Shown one piece after another: positions 53,593-64,000 of a DNA stretch of 64,000 nucleotides. The position numbers and the translations under genes were made by a program. Positions within the stretch are counted from its first letter, which is position 1; each line of letters opens with the position of its first letter. The notes under the pieces were generated by a model. That model was not told where the DNA came from and searched no databases. It saw only the letters and a list, made by a program, of their open reading frames with translations. Source of the DNA: Balanoglossus misakiensis (Eukaryota; Animalia; Hemichordata); contig CM082595.2 in the NCBI GenBank assembly GCA_040954595.2, forward strand, positions 7,794,317-7,858,316. Direction: 5' to 3'.

Positions 53593-56500
53593 GATGATTG
53601 GCAACTGTTTGTCTAAGTGAGGGAATGAGAGTGTACAACTCGATTTGCACTACAGTTGGACGTGTTGTAAAATGTAAAACACATTAGAGTATAGCCAATC
53701 CATTCAAGTATCATTGTATCCATCTTGTCATCTACCTAATATGGCACATTAGACAGCACACTCCATGCTCATCTTGAGATGTTATTGGAGAGAATATGCC
53801 ACACATATTCTTGCGCCTGCGAAAGAAAATTAATATTTTCCTACAGCCCAAAACGAACACACCGAAATGCCTTTAATTTATTTGAATAAAACATTGCACG
53901 CACGCCATGCATATAAACTCATATTTGTAGCATAGTCATTTTGACCACACAGGTCATCATTGTGGATTATATTGAGATAAACCTAGTATAGAAATGAATA
54001 ATGAAAAAAAACAGCTTTAGGTTTCACGTGGGGACGTTCTTTGTCGATATCAGATTACGCCAGATACATATCTCTGTCCGCTTAAATCGAACTTCCAGTG
54101 TAGCCGCTGCATTTTTACACAAACATGAGTTTTCACACATACAGCAGTATTGCGATATTGTTGGGGTATTGATCAAAATATAGAAATTCACAATATTTAC
54201 ACAGTGTTCCATTGAATTCCATTAAAACTTGAATGTCATTCTACTCGCGTCGTCCATTTATTTTTTCCCAGCAAAAGGTGACATTGTTAGCTGCTAGATT
54301 TCACTAAGGTCATAAAACTCACACTCGTGCAACTGTGATAGAAGTATGTACCTATGATATACATGCGATGTCTCGTGTGACTTCAGCTTAATTACCAGCG
54401 ACATTTCTGACAGCTAACCATGAACTTCGAGGTCATAAAACAAAGCGTATTGCAAAGCCTATTGATGATTATATTGTCGAACGTTTGAATTCCGAGGTCT
54501 AATGCATTCAACATTTGATTTTACGTTAAACAAAACAGATAAATGCGCGTCGCGAAGCACAGCTCAATTGACAAATTGTCATGCGATTGACTTGTAGCTC
54601 TGATGATTCGAATCCAAACCTATTAACAGTTACAGCTTGTGTATAAAAATGAGTTCAAGTTAACATAGATTCAGATAAAAATATTGCAATTAAGAGGAAT
54701 GATTTGATAAACTTTTCAGTTTTTGGTGTGTCACAGACCTAACAGATAGAAGTGGCATGGTATTGATGGTTTCTTTGCATGTTCAACATTTATCTCAATT
54801 GAAAACTCTTTCCAGATGAATTTCACGAGATACTCACGACAGAAGTTAGACATTGCAAACAGTTGTATTGAAAGCACTGGGACAAAGGACGCGGCTGCGT
54901 GGGCAATAGTAAGCACGACCGTCACAGTGTGCCACCCCATAGACAAGTGACAGTGACGCTTGCCATTGATGGTTGATTGGAATAATTTGTTTTACATATG
55001 GCGTTGTTGATTTGACCGCTTGGTACATGGTAAACGCTATGTATGGTGAACGAATGTCAAATCCAGCATCATCGAGATACTTGCTTTACGTGCATGAGCG
55101 AGCCATGTTGAGAACTTCACGTGGTTCAAGAGCAGACAAGTACGGCCGCTCATTTTATCACTAACAGTATTTGATTTTCAATTTTTGTTTACGGCACCGA
55201 CCTTCCCGCAACAATACTGAAAATACAACTTCATCTTTTCGCAATGAGTACTAGCTGCATCGGAGAGATACACCACAAGTTGATGCTGAGAGACTTCACA
55301 AAATCTCTGATCTTGTAATTTCGCGCAAACAGGTGGTATGTCCTGTCTACGAAAAAAGTATGAAATGAGCAATGCCTTTGTAGTCGACTGATACTGACAC
55401 TAATGGTATGGATCACATGTATTGGTTTCGTATATGGAAAGCCAGAAGCATACACATTATAACTTAAGTACGTGTGGTTTCTAAGTTTACAGTCCGTTAA
55501 CTGACTTTGACACCAACACCTTTATCAGTACACATTTTACCTGTGGTTATCTTTGAATAATTTAACAACTTTTCTTGTTTATCAAATAAAAGCATCTTAA
55601 AAGAGCAAACTATTTTTTTCTCACGTGCTAGTAGTAGGAGTGTAATTTGTCTGTACCACAACTCCGAAAGCCATATTCATGCCGATCACATAATCTGAAT
55701 AGAATCAAGCATTAGTTGACAGAATGATTTCATTCCAAAATTCGCACAGGCAACGGACGCTGAAAATTACAGCTAGAGCTATTCTCATACATCTGTAATG
55801 GTACATGTAAAAGAAAAGACGCGTAAAAGGCCAAAAAGATATACGAAGTTCCGATTACATCGTTTTCAAAAATACTGTAGGTAGGTAGGGAATTTTTATT
55901 TATTTTCGATTCTTTTGTATTTCTCAATGTGTATTTTGGTATGTGTTTTCAAAATAGCATTGAACAACTCTTTTATGAAACCATATACCATATGGGGTCT
56001 TTGATGAAAAACACTCGGATGGAATTCTGATATATTAAATAAAGCATGCATCAGTAGAATTGAAGAGTGTAGTTTATTACATGCAATGCCATGGAAACCG
56101 AAGTGACTGAAGCACAATTCTTCGGCAGGAAACAGAAATGTTTATCCACAGACATGTTTTCCGCCGAGAAAAAACACAACAATTCCCTCATGTTGCAAAC
56201 TCTCGGCCACCTGCCATCAAAACGTGAAATCCATTTATTTTTTAGTACTTTCCTTCACTTTGTCTTCCAGCTGTCGTAATTAAAAAAACGAATGTCCCTT
56301 ACGTTGACCTTCGAGTCGTTTGTAGCATAGCCAACATGGATATGTGTCTGCTGTACTTGTCGTGGTCCTGGTTGTTTCAACCCGGACACCCTAGTCTCAG
56401 ACCCTATCAGCGCAGCCCGTCCCAACTAAAATATGTCTCTAGTTCCCCCAAGTTCATTCGTGCCCGTATTAAATGACCATGAGATAGGACCAGTTCACGA

Positions 56501-56700
56501 CATTAGACAACAGTGCGGTAAAGAGAGCGTGTTGTCAGTAAAGACTTGCAAAAAACGACATTATTGTAGATTGCCATCGACCGTGTTTAACGCCAACATA
56601 GAATATGGATTTGAAACGACTCTGAAACGTCTATGGTCAAAAACTGGCATACATTACTATGTGTGAATGGTTCAGTGGTCCTGGAACTTTTCAGATTTAA

Positions 56701-57502
56701 GGCTGCATTCACAAACACCTCTGGAGGGGGGGGGGCAGGAGAATTGAGGGGGGGATTTGAAAAAATTGAGGGTATGTAAGGGGGGATTTGAAATAATTTA
56801 GGGACTGAAAGGGGGGGACTTGAAAATTTTAACGACTAAATATTTATTTTGAGTCCACAAAAATGCAGTTTCGCGCCCTTTATTTTACAAAATTTTCTAG
56901 TGTGGGAGGGGGACACCCCCTCCCACACCTCCCCCCTCCATTCATCAACACCTTTCAATCATTGATTGGTTTATCTAGTGTCCCAGGTCAGGGGACTTGC
57001 CCCCACCCCATGATAACTTTGAGCGGTGATGGTTAAATTTGTCCTCCCCAACATACCGGTAGTTGAGTCAATTTGCTTTTGCCGGGTTCATTAAAATGCA
57101 GCTTTGAGCTCTGTATTTTAGAAAATTTTCTTACGTGGGAGGGGGACACCCCCTCCCAAAACCACCCCCTTCAATTATCGGTTTACAATGTCTCCCAACA
57201 CAGAATACAAATATATGTACTTAAAAAATAAAAACAATGTGCAGTTTTAATACCCACTGATGAGGGGAAACATCAGTTTCAAATTCTGTTCATGGGAGCG
57301 CTGTTTTTCTTTTTACAAGATAGATAAGTGATGTGTTTTGCTCTGTGAAAGAAAATGGGAAGAGGGGGATTTCAAAATTTTGGCAGTTCGGAAGGGGGGG
57401 ATTTGAAAATATTGGCAGTTAGGAAGGGGGGCATGTGAAAATTAGCGGTTAAAAATGAATTCTCCCGCCCCCCCCCCTCCAGAGGTGTTTGTGAATGCAG
57501 CC
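56701..57502. mobile_element. PIF/Harbinger-type MITE (~800 bp) nested in an older repeat
   Basis: About 45-bp TIR ggctgcattcacaaacacctctggaggggg / ccccctccagaggtgtttgtgaatgcagcc. TAA at 56698-56700 and 57503-57505. Internal GGGGGATTTGAAA subrepeats and two gggagggggacaccccctccc motifs. Confidence 0.92.
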
Positions 57503-58041
57503 TAAGCCCACTCTGCAGGCTAGACCTGAGCCAGTGTAAAGGATTAACACCTCACCGCAACACGCTTCACGGTCTATGTCCTAACTTTGTGCGGACACAA
57601 AGCGACCAAAAGGATTCATTTTCTGTGTTTACAAATGACAAATAGTGTGCCTAAAACGTTTTACCCGGTGTGAACCTGGTACAACAGGGTATATATTTTC
57701 CACTTTAATTATCTAACAACCATAGGAAAATACATGTATTGAACTTAAGTTTACTCAGGGCTGAAACGGCCGGAAAAAATCGGGTCGTGACAATTAGCAA
57801 CCGACAAGGGCCGCCGAAGACTCGAAAGCCTTCCAACCACATGCTCGGCCGCGACCAGCAGCATACGTTGCACATTTAGTACATTTTACACCAGAAAAAC
57901 ATGGTTTAATATTTCTCCGAAGGTTTGGTTCTGTTTTCCAGAAGAATTACATCATATTTGTCGCGTGATGCGCGCGATTTCGTCATAGTTCTCGCATGGA
58001 TCTCGCGATTTTTGTATATTCCGTATATCACACATCGTTAT

Positions 58042-58142
58042 ATTTACTTTCCGGTTTACGAAGCTCTAACAAGTTTAGGGTCGGTGGGTTAAAATTAAGG
58101 TAGTTCGGGTAATCGGTACAACACACAATATTTAGTTTGGCC
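58042..58142 (-). mobile_element. Inverted end of a relative of the 50630 Harbinger MITE family
   Basis: Reverse complement matches 50630-50730 (ccctaattttaacccgccgaccctaaac...agagcttcgtaaacc.ggaagtaaa) and ends in tttggcc. Confidence 0.75.
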
Positions 58143-58329
58143 TATAACTAAGACATCAAACTTTTTGAACAGGCGTCAGCGGTACTTACATGCAATATTT
58201 ACTAACGTAACCTGAAATACTTATTCACAGCTAACATTTGAATTATTGTAAATGTTGTTCCAAATCAACACGTGAAAAACACCCCAATCTGATCCACTAA
58301 CAGGCAGTTAATATTCAACAAAAACCAGA

Positions 58330-59215
58330 TTTTTGCAAACCATTAGTAACTAATGACTTATGTCAATATAAAAAATCCAAGGGAGATTGAATAGACTTGC
58401 CTAGCTTATACTAGATACCTAAACTCCATAAAACACCACCAGAAGCCAGATTTATCGCAAGGTCACCAAAATGCTGTATGACGTAATTATTTGAGATACT
58501 GACATCTGTTCTTGGTGCCATGAAATAGGCACTACAGACACACTACACTATTATGGCAGTGGTATAAATCAAATGCTGATATTTAAGGAATTCCTTTGGG
58601 TACATATTGCGTCCCCCTGCTTGCTGACTCATTTCTCTTTACTCATTCAAGGTGGAATGTGTCCAGAGTTTGTCCGACAGAACAAGGCGCACCGCTTCAG
58701 CTAAAGCTTTCAAATCTCCATTCAGATGATGTTATATTTCCCTGAAGAAATCTCATATTCAGTGACTATCTCCCGATGAGATATCCTTCTCGTATGTATT
58801 TTTCATCACTTTGACACTAACGCTCACCTTTCTACTGGTATGACAAGCCAGATCATTTCATCTTTGCTATCATCAATTTTCCATATCTTGACATCAATTT
58901 TCCATACCTTGCCATCAATATTCCATACCCACCAGTCTATGGGTTATACTTTCTAGGCTGTTTATCGTACACGTGGCATTTAAATCTTAGTATAGTGATT
59001 ATGAAGAAAGACACATCTATCTGTCTTGAAAACATTCTATATTTCGGTCAATGTAGTAACAATCTTATTGACATTCAAACGCTTCTTGGTATGTGTCATT
59101 AGTAAGCCGATAAGTATAATGTATCGCTTAAATGAATGTGTCTGTTTCCATTTTTGAGTTATGGATTTAAATGTGGCATGTGTCACATGTGGGGCAGGAG
59201 CCGCTTATTATTTTC
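58330..59215 (+). pseudogene. Decayed, internally deleted Penelope-like retroelement reverse transcriptase plus 3' region
   Basis: Manual translation across stops and frameshifts gives DLPSLY*IPKLHKTPPEARFIA (from 58394), GSGINQMLIFK, GTYCVPLLADSFLF, AKAFKSPFR and YDKPDHFIFAIINFPYL...NIPYPPVYGLY. These follow the PLE RT motif order (PKLHK; GTNCAPLLADLFL; YDKRDDF.F.IVNFP). Confidence 0.75.
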
Positions 59216-59226
59216 GAAACACCTTA

Positions 59227-59398
59227 GGGCCTGGTCATAATTAACGGGGGGGCGGTGCAATTTGGGGGAGGGTCACTATTTTTCATGCAGCGGTTTGAGG
59301 GAGGGCCACTACATTTTGGGCAAGAAATCGGGGGAGGGTCAGTATTTTTCATGCATTCAGATTTTGAATCACACCCCCTGTTAATTTTGACCAGGCCA
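59227..59398. mobile_element. Short Harbinger-like MITE inserted in the 3' part of the Penelope-like remnant
   Basis: TIR ggcctggtcataattaacggggg / cccctgttaattttgaccaggcc. Left flank tta, right flank ttg (imperfect duplication). Internal ggggagggtca repeats. Confidence 0.75.
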
Positions 59399-62300
59399 TT
59401 GCATCAACCCTTGGTCTTTTTGTCTTTATTCCATCTACATGTATCTTTCTTCCACAGACTTGACTTGGGTCCCTGTGCTTTGTTATTTGTATTACTGTTC
59501 TGTATTGTTTTGTTTTGTGTCTGTCGTTGCAAGCGGCCATGTGAATATCATTCATATTTGACCTATATATTGCACTCATTTGCAATATTCGCAATAGAAA
59601 TTTTCAAATACGAACGGCAAGACGACATTATACAGAATCCTTCTATCTTAGACGACCGTGCAGTTTGAATGTTCCAAAGCGGTATTGAAATGTCAACGTT
59701 TACAGAAAGCTGTGGACTAGATTTTATCCACGGCCCAAAGAGAACCTCAAAATAACCAAGCAAATTAAAATCGGTCGTATTTATGACCTTATATTTCCAG
59801 TGATCAAAACATTTCCTGTGATGTCACGTATACATTTAAATGTTTTCAAAGGAATGAAAATGAATGCAGTCTCGACCATCATGTTTTATAGAAAAGATCT
59901 GGGGATGAAAATGTACATACTGACCCGACTGATTCGGAATGTCAGAATTATAACAGGATTTGCGAAGTATGTGTAGCTCAGACTTACATCGTCTTATTGA
60001 TCCGTATAATTGCTTGCCTACTTATTTGCTCGTTATTTGACTCAAGCAAAAATATATGTTTAGCGGCGGTAGACGTTGATGAGGAAAAAGTTCAAAATGC
60101 AAATATTCCGTGAAAGGTTTATGCTATTAATCAGTATCAGGAAATCCAATTGTCATTTCTACTGTCTTACCTTTTTTACATTCAATGCAATCACTGAAAA
60201 TTGTTTGAGCGATGACAAATTGTATTTGTTTCTATGAGCAGTGAACGTGTTGCCCCGTAGCTTTCAGATGTAGGTGACCTTGAGAAATGTTCAATGAGGT
60301 CTTACACATGTATTCGTAACTTAAATATAAATTAATACATTTTGTTAAATGTGTAAAAGTTGGATTTTCCATCCCATTTGATCACTTTTTGAAGGGAGGA
60401 CCGGCTTGATGGAAATCAAATTTTGCTGTGTAGTCTCGAATTACCCTTATTAAAGCAAGCAAATATATCTCACGGAGATCTTTTTGTGAATTTGGGACGT
60501 ACGTTATCCGTTGGTCAAAAACTAAAACTAAATTGCACGACCAAGTGAGTTCTATTCGAGTTGCCAGATTATCAGGCTCAGTTGGATGTCCTGTTTCACC
60601 TCTTCAACGCATGTACAGCTTGATTCCAACTAAACCTGGATCATCAGCTTTTGTCTACCCTTGTCGCGGTGCCCTGTTCCCTAATTCGCACTGAATGCGT
60701 GTCAATCCTGCATGTGACCTAGGCTCCAGCAGGCTGTAACCCTTCCCTTTATTCAATCCATTGTATTTTTGCTTATTTTGCCTTTAGTCGTGGACAGCTC
60801 ATGACATTACATGCCGACTAGAAATCATTACCCAGAATTGTAACAATCAGCAGATTTTTCATTCCGTATATACTACATGTAGCTGCTTCAAAGCAAAACT
60901 TTCGAAGAAGCTTATTTGATGCACACAGAGAGAGGGGTAGAGGTGGGGGGGGGGGTTATCACAGAATTGCACGGATATTTTCGAGGATGCTCATTCTTAA
61001 TCATTTTCCATTTCAAATGGGTACAGAGGTCGGTACTGCAGTTACGGGGGGACAGGAAGAGCAAGTTTTGGCTGTCATTACGTTCATTCAATCAGAACAT
61101 CGTTGTTTTCGCACTCGAAATACAGAATTATGTATCGGCCTATGGAGTGCCCCAAAGTGGCGCACAGCCAGTACATCTGTGTATACTGATGTCATGTTTC
61201 GCTATGTAAGAATATCATAGGTCGTTACAGGGGTCATCCATCACCCAGATGCCCATATTTGGAGAATAAAAGGCGGAAAGGTTGCGTCTTCCTCGTGATG
61301 ACTTCGTGTAACGCCTATAATGGCATTTTGTGGGTAGGCTGTTGCCAAGATAAATGGAAGATGTTCAGTAATCTGAGATACGGACACATTTTCAGGTATT
61401 TCGTATTCATATCGATGGTGTTGATACGCATGCGCCAAACCTGTCTGTTTACTTCAAGTCTGAGTAGCTTCAAACCCTTGCATCATATATTTTCCTGAAT
61501 GTTTTTCGTACATACATACCGGCTTGCATTGAATTGGTTAAACACTGCCGATCAGAAATTTTAGCAATTATTTCCGTTTGTCTTAATAATTTAATTAAAT
61601 ATGTACACATACATAATCCTTCAAGTAGTGCTTACATCAATGTAGAATAATTACTGGAATATACATGTTTCATATATAGTCTACGATTTAATGAATAAAC
61701 ATTATTTAGAGATCTTAATAGTAAATGAACATTAAATATACACCATTTCGAGAGAAAAAAATATCACAGAAACATAAAGCAAAATTCTGAACAAAGGTTT
61801 CCATGCAAAAACGTCATAACAGTATTACTTTAAAAGCGAGAGGGTGAAAATAGACTATAGAGCGAGGAATCCGTTTTTTTAATATGGTCAAAATGTGATT
61901 GGCGATGAAAGTGCCCAGTATACTCAATTGACGTTTAATATCCAACAGGATATTGAAAGCGTTATTGTATGAGGCATCGTGTATTTCTACAGTGTAGCGC
62001 AAATCAGTGAACATGTGTATTCAGGCCTTAGAGAATTTATATGTGATGTATCAATACATTTCAAAACCATTTTCCTTTTCAGTGAATATTGTTTTCCCCG
62101 GGCACTCTTACTCACTGCAAAACATGGGAACAACACACTAAGATAAGTATCTATGGAGACTTTCACATTCTTGTCACACCAAATACACAGGAAACCCTGC
62201 GTTAAAAGCGCTAATTGCACATATGTAGGTGACATCAAATTATGTAAAGTGAATTCTGAGTCATTGATATTTATAACAGTTTATGAAATATTGCATTAAA

Positions 62301-64000
62301 TTGGTCAGAAGGTGAAAAGTGATTCAATGTACCTTCCAATAAATTTGAAAGTAACATCTCTGTCTGGTAATATTCATAAAGTTCGGTAGGGACCTGTGTA
62401 GTAATAGGGCTAACTGCACAAATCTGTTTATAGTGCAAACCCTCAATAAACTTACTAATTTATCAATTAGCACGGTGCTCGTCTTAGCAATTAATGACCA
62501 GTTTTGTAAAGCGGCATCACGCAATTCTTGTAATGTAACATTGCTAAGAAAATATCACAAAATACGCGAATTTACTGTTTATCGGCCTGAAATTGAAACT
62601 AGTCTCTAAAAACGTCTAATACATTGGGAAACAATCCCCTCTATGAACTTTCATCAAGGACGGTACAGGAACTCTTGATTAAAGGCTCCTGGCTTATTCG
62701 TCAAGTATGAAACTTTTATTTTTCCTCGATTAAATCAGTGTGATTAATTGAAGCTGACAGAGAAAACATGGAATAATGGCAATTTCTTCCCTTTTTTATT
62801 AATATACTGTCACTCAGTGTCACCGTGGTGCCGTGAATGTTATCGACAGGACGGTACGAGTTTAGCAGAAAATTTGACTGCTTCAAAAAAGTCTACATAT
62901 TTCTTAACCACTGGTCATCTGTAATTGGGTATAGGGTATGGTTGTAATATAATGCCACAAACCAATCACTTCAATTTGCTCTAAAGCTTACGATTATGCA
63001 TGTATGTTCAATGATCGATAAATCTGTTCAACATTTTGAAGATGCTAACATGGTCAACCATCCATCGTTAATCCGATAGTATTTGACAAATCTGAATATC
63101 ATACATTGACTCTCCTGTGCAGTTAGCCCTATGAGGTAAGATATATTACACTAAGTCTGCATGGTGAAATTTTATCAGACAAATTGTTTTCACATGTGTT
63201 TTACTGTATTCAAAGGAATTCTACCATTTACTAATCAATAAACTCCAAATTGACATATTTAATGTGGGTTCCAATTAGTGCTATACTTCCATAATTACTG
63301 AACTTACTGCACTTTGCTTTACTTTATGATTTCACAGAGAACTAACCTATGTATTACTCTTTAATTGCATTTTCTATAAAATATTAAAGTTTGCCGTTGA
63401 TTAATATCACAAAGTGCGATTATTGTGAATGTGTCTGCATGTCTGTTATGGGTGGTTTGTTTTGAGTTGACATCCTCCAGACTATATTTTCAAAGCAGGT
63501 CAGAATGTCGAAAGCTGTTATTAGCCAGCATAACTATACATGAGAGTCACGCTGTCGTTTTAAGGTGAAGGGAAATTACAGTTCATCCACAAATCCCTTA
63601 AATAAGATAATTCTTTGAATGAACGAAACAGCCAACCGTAACTTAGACAGGGCATGACAGCAACTGAAGATCCTAGTAGGTCGTGGCGACTGCAGTGAGG
63701 TTTGTGCTGGTATGGGAGGACATATTCTCGTCAAGGGGGACACCCACACGGCGCGACGACCCCTTCCCTTTCATGCTCCGAATATGTTGCCCCCCTGATA
63801 TCTGCTGTCTTAAAGTTTTCGTAAGTGACTGTGAGTATGTAGGACTCGAATCTTAAACATATTGCATGGAAAGAAGTGCGTCTTTGTCCTAGCAGATTAC
63901 CAAATGTAATTACAAAAACAATATCAGCCCAAAGCGTCTAGCCTATATACACAGTGCATTTCCTTTAAAAATGACAATCGTTGTGAATTACGAGCAGAAA

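Noticed and set aside
57257-57277. CTGATGAGGGGAAAC hammerhead-like string
   Set aside because: No stem II; it is just a short ctgatg/catcag hairpin inside a MITE.
59255-59668. 137-aa Gly/Phe-rich ORF
   Set aside because: Spans a MITE and a T-rich retroelement tail; a compositional artefact.
29700-64000. A second protein-coding gene or an RE1/NRSE site upstream of the receptor
   Set aside because: No ORF with a recognisable domain and no convincing TTCAGCACC-NN-GGACAG match found by eye; small exons cannot be excluded without RNA data.

Overview
AT-rich, repeat-rich eukaryotic (animal) genomic DNA, probably from a marine invertebrate such as a non-vertebrate deuterostome (inference). The only supportable protein-coding gene is the 5' half of a class C GPCR on the minus strand. 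Its four coding exons (28243-28857, 9194-9509, 3853-4044, 597-944) have canonical GT-AG sites and compatible phases, and encode a signal peptide plus the whole Venus-flytrap domain (about 490 aa). The gene continues beyond position 1. The pocket keeps the residues that bind the alpha-amino-acid part of glutamate but has lost both distal-carboxylate binders (mGlu1 R78->A, K409->Q). This is the signature of the mXR/mangetout (class IV) branch, so the ligand is probably not glutamate. The rest of the window is intronic or upstream DNA filled with non-autonomous elements: five copies of a palindromic TTAA-flanked MITE, PIF/Harbinger-type MITEs (one nested, with the empty site visible elsewhere in the window), a foldback element with a 106/212-bp higher-order array, two hairpin-ended elements, two SINEs, a decayed Penelope-like RT, an 818-bp tandem duplication and microsatellites. 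No prokaryotic features, CRISPR arrays, rRNA or intact tRNA were seen.
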